Positions 6,882 through 15,285 of a stretch of DNA of 29,722 bases are shown here, in pieces (positions within the stretch are counted from its first letter, which is position 1; each line of letters opens with the position of its first letter). The DNA comes from a virus. Lineage: Duplodnaviria > Caudoviricetes. A program made the position numbers and the translations under genes. The notes below the pieces were generated by a model that saw nothing but the letters and a program-made list of their open reading frames with translations, searched no databases and was not told the origin of the DNA. The stretch is taken from positions 1 through 29,722 of the IMG/VR virus record IMGVR_UViG_3300012952_000082. One strand, 5' to 3'.

Positions 6882-9106
6882 GTTATCAACAAACGTTAGT
6901 CGAAGAGTTAAATAACTACATAAATCCTAAAATTGTAAAAAAGAAAAATAAAACTAAATCTTGGGAATATGGATATAATAGCGATTACGATTTTGTAGTT
7001 ATTAGCAAAACTGGAAAAATTGGAAAGATCATTGAAATACAAAACCTCCGTATTGCTTTACCAGCAGAAGATGAACCTTTTAAACGAAGCGAAAAACAAG
7101 AGGAACAGTATTGGGAGCAGAAAGAATACCCAAAAGAACTAAAAAGAATTAAAAGTAGATTTGACTGGGAAGAATATCCAATTGATTTTAAAGAAGAATG
7201 GTTTGATTATATAGATAATGAGTTTAAAAAAAGAGACGAAGGGCATTGGTTCTATAATAACGGCGTTCCTACTTACATTACAGGTACTCATTACATGTAC
7301 TTGCAATGGTCAAAAATTGATGTTGGAGCACCAGACTATAGAGAAGCAAATAGACTCTTCTTTATATTTTGGGAAGCATGTAAGGCAGATAATAGATGTT
7401 ATGGGATGTGCTATCTTAAAAACAGACGGTCTGGATTTTCTTTTATGTCCTCAGCTGAACTTGTCAACCAGGCCACAATATCTTCAGATGCCCGATTCGG
7501 CATCCTTTCAAAAACTGGAGCAGATGCTAAAAAAATGTTCACAGATAAAGTTGTCCCGATATCCGTTAACTATCCGTTTTTCTTCAAACCGATCCAGGAT
7601 GGTATGGATCGTCCTAAGACCGAATTGGCATATAGAGTCCCAGCTTCAAAACTTACTAGACGTAAACTAGAGTCTAAGGAACAATTAAAAGAGCTGCAGG
7701 GTCTTGATACTACTATAGATTGGAAAAACACAGGAGACAACTCTTACGATGGTGAAAAGTTAAAAATACTAGCTCACGATGAAAGTGGTAAGTGGGAAAG
7801 ACCTGATAATATATTAAATAACTGGAGAGTTACAAAAACTACATTAAGACTAGGTAGAAGAATCGTAGGTAAGTGTATGATGGGCTCAACTTCAAATGCA
7901 TTAGATAAAGGTGGAAACAACTTCAAGAAACTCTATTACAATTCAGACGTTACAAAAAGAAATAGAAATGGACAAACAAGTTCTGGCCTCTACTCTCTTT
8001 TCATCCCTATGGAATGGAACTACGAAGGATACATGGATACTTTTGGATTTCCTGTATTCACTACGCCAGAAAATCCAGTCAAAGGAGTCGATGGTCTCCC
8101 AATTAACATTGGAGTCATCGAACATTGGGAAAACGAAGCAGATGGACTTAAGCAAGATCAAGACGGATTAAACGAATTTTATAGACAATTTCCGCGTACA
8201 GAAAAACACGCGTTTAGAGACGAAACCAAATCTAGTCTATTTAATTTAGTTAAAATATATCAACAAATAGATTACAACGAAGAAATCCACAATGTATCTT
8301 CAATAAGTAAAGGTAATTTTCAATGGGTTGGAGGAATAAAAGATACTACGGTAAAATTTTACCCTAATAGCAATGGAAGGTTTTATGTATCTTGGGTTCC
8401 AGACGGGCATCTACAAAATAAAATAATATTAAAAAATGGACTTAAATACCCTGGAAACGATCATCTCGGAGCATTTGGTTGTGACTCTTATGATATTAGC
8501 GGCACTGTCGACGGTAAAGGGTCTAAAGGATCACTTCACGGATTGACAAAGTTTTCTATGGACAACGTGCCACCTAATCACTTTTTTTTAGAATATATAG
8601 AAAGACCACCCACTGCTGAAACTTTTTTTGAAGATGTACTAATGGCGTGTGTTTTTTATGGAATGCCTATATTAGCTGAAAACAATAAACCTAGATTATT
8701 GTATTATTTTAAAAGAAGAGGGTATCGAGGTTATAGTATAAATAGACCTGACAAACTTTATAATAAACTATCTGTTGCAGAAAGAGAAATTGGAGGAATA
8801 CCTAATTCTAGTGAAGATGTTAAGCAAGCTCATGCTGCAGCTATTGAAACTTTTATAGAGGAAACTGTAGGTGAACAGCCAGATGGTACTTATGGTGATA
8901 TGTATTTTCAAAGGACATTAGAAGATTGGGCTCAGTTTGATATTAACAACAGAACTAAACACGATGCTTCTATTAGTTCTGGTTTAGCTTTAATGGCTTG
9001 TAATAAAAACAAATATAGACCACGCGCTAAAATTAATTTACAACCAATAGATATAGGTATGAGAAGATATGATAATAAAGGATTAATTTCAAAAATAATA
9101 GAATAA
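6878..9106 (+). CDS. terL: Terminase large subunit (742 aa)
   Basis: Deviant Walker A LKNRRSGFS, Walker B ILAHDESGKW, motif III MGSTS, and nuclease acidic motifs FGCDSYD, ILAENN and KHDASIS. Directly followed by the portal gene. Confidence 0.92.
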   Translation: MSYQQTLVEELNNYINPKIVKKKNKTKSWEYGYNSDYDFVVISKTGKIGKIIEIQNLRIALPAEDEPFKRSEKQEEQYWEQKEYPKELKRIKSRFDWEEYPIDFKEEWFDYIDNEFKKRDEGHWFYNNGVPTYITGTHYMYLQWSKIDVGAPDYREANRLFFIFWEACKADNRCYGMCYLKNRRSGFSFMSSAELVNQATISSDARFGILSKTGADAKKMFTDKVVPISVNYPFFFKPIQDGMDRPKTELAYRVPASKLTRRKLESKEQLKELQGLDTTIDWKNTGDNSYDGEKLKILAHDESGKWERPDNILNNWRVTKTTLRLGRRIVGKCMMGSTSNALDKGGNNFKKLYYNSDVTKRNRNGQTSSGLYSLFIPMEWNYEGYMDTFGFPVFTTPENPVKGVDGLPINIGVIEHWENEADGLKQDQDGLNEFYRQFPRTEKHAFRDETKSSLFNLVKIYQQIDYNEEIHNVSSISKGNFQWVGGIKDTTVKFYPNSNGRFYVSWVPDGHLQNKIILKNGLKYPGNDHLGAFGCDSYDISGTVDGKGSKGSLHGLTKFSMDNVPPNHFFLEYIERPPTAETFFEDVLMACVFYGMPILAENNKPRLLYYFKRRGYRGYSINRPDKLYNKLSVAEREIGGIPNSSEDVKQAHAAAIETFIEETVGEQPDGTYGDMYFQRTLEDWAQFDINNRTKHDASISSGLALMACNKNKYRPRAKINLQPIDIGMRRYDNKGLISKIIE
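7218..7670 (+). CDS. Candidate overprinted gene in +1 frame of terL, 150 aa, signal-peptide/lipoprotein-like N-terminus
   Basis: Stop-free for 150 codons while flanking parts of the same frame are stop-dense. Start context is TATATAGATA-ATG. N-terminus is MSLKKETKG-IGSIITAFLLTLQVLITC-TCNGQ. Confidence 0.45.
   Translation: MSLKKETKGIGSIITAFLLTLQVLITCTCNGQKLMLEHQTIEKQIDSSLYFGKHVRQIIDVMGCAILKTDGLDFLLCPQLNLSTRPQYLQMPDSASFQKLEQMLKKCSQIKLSRYPLTIRFSSNRSRMVWIVLRPNWHIESQLQNLLDVN
7911..8171 (+). CDS. Second candidate overprinted ORF in +1 frame of terL (GTG 7911 or ATG 7968)
   Basis: Stop-free window that coincides with atypical terL codons (CTC, GTC, ATC) in place of the usual TTA/GTA/ATA. Confidence 0.3.
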   Translation: METTSRNSITIQTLQKEIEMDKQVLASTLFSSLWNGTTKDTWILLDFLYSLRQKIQSKESMVSQLTLESSNIGKTKQMDLSKIKTD

Positions 9107-11518
9107 ATGCAAATAGAAACTAATTATAGTGCTTTTCCTAATCAGGTGGTACCTGTCGCAGAGAAAAACTCTTTAGACTACGGCTTGCAAGTTGGACGAG
9201 CAATAGAAGGAGAGTGGTTTAGAAACTATAGAGGTGGTTTAGGAGCGGCTTACCAGAATGGTGGTTATGCAGTTAACTTTAATGCTTATCATACCTTAAG
9301 ATTGTATGCTAGAGGAGAGCAACCTATACAGAAATATAAAGATGAATTATCTATTAATGGAGATTTATCTTACTTGAACTTAGATTGGCAACCTGTTCCT
9401 ATTATATCTAAATTTGTAGATATAGTAGTTAATGGAATGTCTCAAAGAAATTACGAGGTTAGAGCTTTCGCTTGTGATCCAGAATCTACAAAAAAACGTA
9501 CTGAATATGCTAACCTCCTAGCTAGAGATGTTGAAGAAAGAGAATTATTTGAGCAATTACGACAAACCCTAGGTATAGACATAAGAATGGAAGAATCTAA
9601 ATTATTAGCTTTAGAATCTCCAGAAGAACTTCAACTACATTTAGCTTTGGATTATAAACAGTCTGTAGAAATAGCTGAAGAAGAATTAATAAATAATGTA
9701 TTAGATAAAAACAAGTTTGATTTAGTTAGAAGAAGATTTGTTTATGATTTAGTAACCTTAGGGATAGGAGCAACAAAAACCGATTGGAATAAATCTGAAG
9801 GTATTACAGTAGATTATGTCGATCCAGCTAACATGGTGTACTCTTACACAACTGATCCCAACTTTGAGGATATATATTACGTGGGAGAAGTTAAGTCAGT
9901 TAGCTTAGAAGATTTAAAAAGACAATTTCCTTATCTTTCAGATGAGGAGATGAAGCAAATACAACAGTATAGAGGTAACGAAGAGTATTTAAGAAACTGG
10001 AGTGGAAGAAATGATAATAACACTGTTCAAGTTTTATATTTTGAATACAAAACATACGTGGATCAAGTGTTTAAAATTAAAGAAACACCTAACGGGTTAG
10101 TAAAAGCTTTAGAAAAACCTGATACTTTTGATCCACCTGAAAGTGAAAATTTTGAAAGAGTTTCAAGATCTATAGAAGTATTATATAGTGGCGCTAAGAT
10201 ACTAGGACATCCCCTAATGCTTAAATGGGAAATGGCTAAAAATATGACAAGACCTACTTCTAATATTTCTAAAGTAAATATGAATTACGTTATCTGTGCA
10301 CCACGAATGTACAAAGGTAGAATCCAATCTTTAGTTGGTAGAATAACAGGTTTTGCGGATATGATACAGTTGACTCATTTAAAGCTGCAGCAGGTGTTAT
10401 CTAGAATGGTTCCAGATGGTGTTTATTTGGACATGGACGGTTTAGCTGAAGTAGATCTAGGTAATGGAACAAATTACAATCCAGCAGAGGCTTTAAATAT
10501 GTACTTTCAAACTGGTAGTATAGTTGGTAGATCAATGACTCAGGATGGTGAAATGAACCATGGTAAAGTTCCAATACAAGAATTACAGTCTAGTTCTGGT
10601 GGTGCAAAAATTCAAAGTCTTATTCAAACGTATCAGTATTACTTGCAAATGATACGGGATGTAACCGGGCTTAATGAAGCAAGAGACGGCAGTACGCCGG
10701 ATAGAGACTCTTTAGTAGGTTTACAAAAAATAGCTGCTGCTAACTCTAATACAGCGACAAGACATCTAGTTCAAGCTATGTTGTATCTGTCTTCTAGAAT
10801 ATGTGAAAACATAACGTATAGAGTAGCAGATTCTTTAAATTACCCTTTAACTTACGAAGCTTTAAAAGATAGTTTAAATAGATATAATACCGCCACGCTG
10901 GATGAATTAAAAGATTTAAGTCTACATGATTTTGGTATTTATCTTCAACTAGAACCAGACGAAGAAGAAAAAGCTATGTTAGAGCAAAACATACAAATGG
11001 CTTTACAGCAACAACAAATAACGTTAGAAGATGCTATTGATTTAAGAGAAATTCCAAATATAAAGCTAGCTAATCAAATGTTGAAGCAAAGAAGAAAGAA
11101 GAAACAGCAAGAAGATCAAGCTCAACAACAGCAAATGATACAAGCACAAGCTCAAGCTAATGCTGAGGCAGCGGAGAAAGCAGCTATGGCAGAAGTTCAA
11201 AAACAACAAGCTTTAGCACAAACTGAACTACAAGTTGAACAAGGTAAAACTCAATTTGATATACAAAAAATGGAAGTCCAAGCGCAAATGAAGCAAAAAC
11301 AAATGGAACAACAGTTTCAGTATGACATGCAGCTTAAGCAAATGGATTTACAAGAAATAACAACTAGAGAGCAGTTTATAGAAGATAGAAAAGATCAAAG
11401 AACTAAATTACAAGCTTCTCAACAAAGTCAATTGATTAATCAGCGTAATGAAAACATGATGCCAATTAACTTTGAAGATCCAAACTATGCGGAAACAGGA
11501 GGTCCTGGATTAGCATAA
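9107..11518 (+). CDS. Portal protein (803 aa)
   Basis: Follows terL with no gap. Helical, with PVPIISKFVDIVVNG and IRDVTGLNEARDG segments and a long Q-rich coiled-coil C-terminus like the barrel of P22/crAss-type portals. Confidence 0.85.
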   Translation: MQIETNYSAFPNQVVPVAEKNSLDYGLQVGRAIEGEWFRNYRGGLGAAYQNGGYAVNFNAYHTLRLYARGEQPIQKYKDELSINGDLSYLNLDWQPVPIISKFVDIVVNGMSQRNYEVRAFACDPESTKKRTEYANLLARDVEERELFEQLRQTLGIDIRMEESKLLALESPEELQLHLALDYKQSVEIAEEELINNVLDKNKFDLVRRRFVYDLVTLGIGATKTDWNKSEGITVDYVDPANMVYSYTTDPNFEDIYYVGEVKSVSLEDLKRQFPYLSDEEMKQIQQYRGNEEYLRNWSGRNDNNTVQVLYFEYKTYVDQVFKIKETPNGLVKALEKPDTFDPPESENFERVSRSIEVLYSGAKILGHPLMLKWEMAKNMTRPTSNISKVNMNYVICAPRMYKGRIQSLVGRITGFADMIQLTHLKLQQVLSRMVPDGVYLDMDGLAEVDLGNGTNYNPAEALNMYFQTGSIVGRSMTQDGEMNHGKVPIQELQSSSGGAKIQSLIQTYQYYLQMIRDVTGLNEARDGSTPDRDSLVGLQKIAAANSNTATRHLVQAMLYLSSRICENITYRVADSLNYPLTYEALKDSLNRYNTATLDELKDLSLHDFGIYLQLEPDEEEKAMLEQNIQMALQQQQITLEDAIDLREIPNIKLANQMLKQRRKKKQQEDQAQQQQMIQAQAQANAEAAEKAAMAEVQKQQALAQTELQVEQGKTQFDIQKMEVQAQMKQKQMEQQFQYDMQLKQMDLQEITTREQFIEDRKDQRTKLQASQQSQLINQRNENMMPINFEDPNYAETGGPGLA

Positions 11519-11541
11519 ATTATTAATTATTATATTTTATT

Positions 11542-12654
11542 ATGTCAAAAACAAAACAAGAACAAGAGGCACAACCCCTCAAAATGAAAAAACCATCATT
11601 CAAAAGAGAAAATGATGCAACATTTAAACTAGATTTAACAAAAGATAAAGAAACAAAAGATGCCGTTCCAAAGCAAGAAACAGAGAAACCTGTGCTACAG
11701 ACTACTGAAAATGAAGAAAAACAAGACGTGGGATTGCAAGAAGTGGGACAGACACACGAAGAAGAAAAACCTACAATAACAGAAATTGTTTCTGAAAAAA
11801 AAGAAATACCTCAACCTCCTAAAGAAAATAAAGTTGAAATGCCAGAGAGCATAAACAAATTAGTTTCTTTCATGAAGGAAACAGGAGGTACTCTTCAAGA
11901 TTATGCAAGATTAAACGTTGATTTATCTAAAATTGATGATGACGCAATATTAAGACAATATTATTCTAGTACTAAACCTCACTTAAACCATGAAGAAGTG
12001 GACTTTTTATTACACGATAAGTTTACACCTGAAGAAAATGAAGATGAAAGAAGTACTAAGAAAAAGAAATTAGCCCTAAAAGAAGAAATAGCTCAAGCAA
12101 AAAACTATTTTGAAAATACTAAGAAAAAGTATTATGAAGATCTTAAGTTAAGATCTAGTAACGCAGATAGTAAAGCTCAAGAATTTTTCGATAGGTATAA
12201 TAAAGAGCAAGAAATTGCTAAACAAAAAGAGGGAGAGTTTGCAAGTAAAACGCAAGACTTTTTCAACAACGAATTCAAAGGTTTTGAAATTAAAGTTGGA
12301 GATAAAAAGTTTAATTACGGAGTAAAAAATCCTGACAACATAGCTCAACAACAGTCTAAAACAAACACTATTTTTAAAAAGTTTTTAGGAAATCAAGGTG
12401 AAATAACAGATTTACAGGGTTATCATAAAGCTGCTTACGCAGCAAACAACATTGATTCTATTGCTGAACATTTTTATGAGCAAGGTAAAGCCGATGCAAC
12501 TAAAAATATAATGGCTCAATCAAATAATGTTAGTACAGACCCTCGACCACAGGATGGTGGAGATGTCTTTATAAACGGTATGAGAGTAAAAGCCATTAGT
12601 GGAGTAGATAGTTCAAAGTTGAAAGTAAAATTCAAAAATAAAACTAAAAATTAA
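11542..12654 (+). CDS. Capsid scaffolding protein (370 aa)
   Basis: Lies between portal and capsid genes. Highly charged, with a disordered E/K-rich N-terminus and a helical C-terminus (HFYEQGKADA). Confidence 0.7.
   Translation: MSKTKQEQEAQPLKMKKPSFKRENDATFKLDLTKDKETKDAVPKQETEKPVLQTTENEEKQDVGLQEVGQTHEEEKPTITEIVSEKKEIPQPPKENKVEMPESINKLVSFMKETGGTLQDYARLNVDLSKIDDDAILRQYYSSTKPHLNHEEVDFLLHDKFTPEENEDERSTKKKKLALKEEIAQAKNYFENTKKKYYEDLKLRSSNADSKAQEFFDRYNKEQEIAKQKEGEFASKTQDFFNNEFKGFEIKVGDKKFNYGVKNPDNIAQQQSKTNTIFKKFLGNQGEITDLQGYHKAAYAANNIDSIAEHFYEQGKADATKNIMAQSNNVSTDPRPQDGGDVFINGMRVKAISGVDSSKLKVKFKNKTKN
11660..11779 (+). CDS. Overprinted 39-aa basic protein in +1 frame of scaffold gene (missing from ORF track)
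   Basis: Reads MPFQSKKQRNLCYRLLKMKKNKTWDCKKWDRHTKKKNLQ*, with an A-rich leader and A at -3. It resembles small phage proteins I recall starting MPFKSxxQR. Host-frame codons here are atypical (GCC, GTG x3, TTG). Confidence 0.6.
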   Translation: MPFQSKKQRNLCYRLLKMKKNKTWDCKKWDRHTKKKNLQ

Positions 12655-12659
12655 AAATC

Positions 12660-14186
12660 ATGGGATTTGTACAAGGCGGGAGTTTTCCTGCGTCATTAAG
12701 CCCTGCGGCAAAGAAAATGACTCTATCAACAAACTTTTTAAGTTTTGATGATAATAGTGGTAATGACTTTGCTCAGCAGTATCTACCAGAGCTTTACGAA
12801 GCTGAAGTAGAGAGATATGGAAACAGAACTATTTCTGGTTTCTTAAGAATGGTCGGAGCAGAAATGCCAATGACCTCAGATCAAGTAATCTGGTCTGAAC
12901 AAAACAGATTACACATTGCATACCAAAAAGCTCAATTAACAGCTGGCGCTGTAGTTGGTTTTGATGTAGATTGTACTATAGTACTTGACTTATCAGCAGG
13001 TGCTGGTGGTGCTGATGCTCCTTCAGGTGCTGTAAGAGTAGGACAAACTATTTTAATGGCTGACAATGCTACTGGACTAATTGTTCAAAAAGGTTTAGTA
13101 CAAGGTGTTGATAATACTGCTGGTAAACCAGCTGATACACTTTATGTTAAGTTTTACGGAACTGCTACTAATGCTTTACCAGAAACTCCAGCTGGAATAA
13201 ACTTATATGTTTATGGTGCTGACTTTGGAAAAGGTGCAGTAGGAATGAATGGTTCTATTGAGCCACAATTCACTCAGTATGCTAACAATCCAATTATCAT
13301 TAAAGATAACTTCCAGATCAATGGTTCTGACACTGCTCAGATCGGTTGGGTTGAAGTTGCTACAGAAGATGGTCAATCAGGATACCTTTGGTATTTAAAA
13401 TCTGAATCTGAAACAAGATTAAGATTTGAAGATTATCTTGAAATGGTAATGGTTGAAGCTTTACCAATGAACAACGCTGCTTACGCTGCTAATGTTAATT
13501 ACGATTTCGGTGGTGAAACAGCGGGTGCTGGTCCAGAAGCTGCTAACATTAACATTAAAGGTTCTGAAGGATTATTTGCTGCTATCGAAGATAGAGGTAA
13601 TGTTTATTCTGGTTTTGCTGGAGCTGCTGCTCCTGGTTCTGGTGCTTTAGGTGATTTCGATCAAATACTAAAACAACTAGATAAGCAAGGCGCTATTGAA
13701 GAAAACATGCTTTTCTTATCAAGATCTACAGCTCTTGATTTTGACGATATGGTTGCTGCTATGAATGGATCTTATGCATCTACTCAAGCTGCTTCATATG
13801 GTTTATTCGAGAACGATGGAGACATGGCACTTAACTTTGGTTTCTCTGGTTTTAGAAGAGGTTCTTATGACTTCTACAAAACTGACTGGAAATATCTTAA
13901 CGATGCTTCTTTAAGAGGTTTATCTAAAGAGATTGACGGTGTAATGATACCAGCTGGTACTACAACTGTTTATGACCAAATGATGGGATCAAATATTAGA
14001 AGACCTTTCTTACATGTAAGATATAGAGCTTCTGAGACTGAAGATCGAAGAATGAAGTCATGGATCACTGGTTCTGTAGGTGGTGCATACACTGACACTT
14101 TAGATGCGATGACTGTAAGTTTCTTGTCTGAAAGATGTTTAGTAACTCAAGCTGCTAACAATTTCGTATTGTTTAAAGGAGCTTAA
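12660..14186 (+). CDS. Major capsid protein (508 aa)
   Basis: Position after the scaffold gene, highly expressed-type codon bias (GCT, GGT, TTC, AAC) and a terminator immediately downstream. Motifs include QYLPELYEAEVERYGNR, WYLKSESETRLRFEDYLE and FLSERCL. Confidence 0.88.
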   Translation: MGFVQGGSFPASLSPAAKKMTLSTNFLSFDDNSGNDFAQQYLPELYEAEVERYGNRTISGFLRMVGAEMPMTSDQVIWSEQNRLHIAYQKAQLTAGAVVGFDVDCTIVLDLSAGAGGADAPSGAVRVGQTILMADNATGLIVQKGLVQGVDNTAGKPADTLYVKFYGTATNALPETPAGINLYVYGADFGKGAVGMNGSIEPQFTQYANNPIIIKDNFQINGSDTAQIGWVEVATEDGQSGYLWYLKSESETRLRFEDYLEMVMVEALPMNNAAYAANVNYDFGGETAGAGPEAANINIKGSEGLFAAIEDRGNVYSGFAGAAAPGSGALGDFDQILKQLDKQGAIEENMLFLSRSTALDFDDMVAAMNGSYASTQAASYGLFENDGDMALNFGFSGFRRGSYDFYKTDWKYLNDASLRGLSKEIDGVMIPAGTTTVYDQMMGSNIRRPFLHVRYRASETEDRRMKSWITGSVGGAYTDTLDAMTVSFLSERCLVTQAANNFVLFKGA

Positions 14187-14197
14187 ATTTACATAAT

Positions 14198-14229
14198 GTG
14201 GGGAGAAATCCCCACTTTATTAATCTTTT
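14198..14229 (+). terminator. Rho-independent terminator after major capsid gene
   Basis: GTGGGGA-GAAA-TCCCCAC (7-bp stem, GNRA loop) followed by TTTATTAATCTTTT. Confidence 0.8.
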
Positions 14230-14243
14230 AAATAATAGAAATT

Positions 14244-14555
14244 ATGGGAATATTAAAGATACCTTATAATGATGGTGGCTTTTTAACTATTGATGTAGAT
14301 GGTGTTTACGAAGTAGATACTTCATCTGCACCTGATATGGTTTTGAAGACTGACCGTCATATGGGAAGTACCGACGTAATCGGTATAACTCTTAAGTTTG
14401 ACTTAAGTAGTTTTAACGATGCTGATGGTCCAGGAATGGAAGCGGCTGTGTTAAAAGCATCACAAGAACCTGCAAGTTGTCACGTATTTGAATGCGCTGG
14501 CGGTATAGGTTTGGTACAAGACGAATCAATAGACATAGGTGCTGTAACAATTTAA
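14244..14555 (+). CDS. Putative capsid accessory/decoration protein (103 aa)
   Basis: Directly downstream of the capsid gene, acidic, and apparently paralogous to the next ORF. Confidence 0.5.
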   Translation: MGILKIPYNDGGFLTIDVDGVYEVDTSSAPDMVLKTDRHMGSTDVIGITLKFDLSSFNDADGPGMEAAVLKASQEPASCHVFECAGGIGLVQDESIDIGAVTI

Positions 14556-14565
14556 ACTTTAAATT

Positions 14566-15225
14566 ATGAGTAATTATATAAACGTGCCTATGGTTACCTC
14601 GTTTGGTAATGATGGGCCTTTAAAAGTTCAAGCCATTGATCCAGCAGATCCTAACGTAACTGTTGGTACTGGATTTAATGGTACAGGTACTTCTGCAGCT
14701 GTTGATATAACAGGTGGTGGATCTAGTGCAAGTGGTGGTAAAGCTACTATTACAACTGGTGCTGGTCCTGGTTTTGCAGTAACTGGCATTAACATTACTG
14801 TTGCTGGTAGTAACTATGAGATAGGACAAACTATAACAATAACAATACCTAATGGTGTTGCAATTAATAGTAGTGGCGCTGCTATTGATACTGAAATTGA
14901 AGTAACTGCTGCAATGTTGGATCAACCAACTAACACTGCAGATGTTATAAGTTTACCAGTTGACGACCTAATAGGAATTAGCGTTCCTGCTAGTGCTGAT
15001 GCTGCAACTACTTTTTCAGTTGTAAGTAGAAAAGACGAGGGCTCAAGTCCAACTGTTCTATCTACATGGACTTTTACTATAGAAATAGATGCGCCTAGCA
15101 CAGGTGCTGATGCTATGGTAGCGGTTTCAGAAGCAATTAGAAAAGCAAAACAAGCTGAAAATTCACAACCAACGGTCGAATGGCCAGCGGGTGTTGAATG
15201 CTACGCTTTAACTTTAGATACTTAA
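14566..15225 (+). CDS. Putative capsid accessory/decoration protein with inserted beta-rich module (219 aa)
   Basis: G/T/A-rich central insert (VTGINITVAGSNYEIGQTITITI) inside a frame resembling ORF 14244. Confidence 0.5.
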   Translation: MSNYINVPMVTSFGNDGPLKVQAIDPADPNVTVGTGFNGTGTSAAVDITGGGSSASGGKATITTGAGPGFAVTGINITVAGSNYEIGQTITITIPNGVAINSSGAAIDTEIEVTAAMLDQPTNTADVISLPVDDLIGISVPASADAATTFSVVSRKDEGSSPTVLSTWTFTIEIDAPSTGADAMVAVSEAIRKAKQAENSQPTVEWPAGVECYALTLDT

Positions 15226-15239
15226 TATCTAACAATTAT

Positions 15240-15264
15240 GCCCCGTTTCGGCGGGGCTTTTATA
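15240..15264 (+). terminator. Rho-independent terminator
   Basis: GCCCCGT-TTCG-GCGGGGC stem-loop (UUCG loop, one G-U pair) followed by TTTTATA. Confidence 0.85.
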
Positions 15265-15265
15265 A

Positions 15266-15285
15266 ATTATATTATATTATATTAT
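15266..15285 (+). repeat. (ATTAT)x4 tandem repeat forming the translation-initiation region of ORF 15284
   Basis: ATTAT ATTAT ATTAT ATTAT G. A related leader, AATTATTATATTTTATT-ATG, precedes the scaffold gene. Confidence 0.7.

Noticed and set aside
12640-12662. Possible -1 frameshift fusing scaffold to major capsid protein (capsid gene is in the -1 frame)
   Set aside because: There is a TAA at 12645-12647 in the -1 frame and no proper X_XXY_YYZ heptamer after it.
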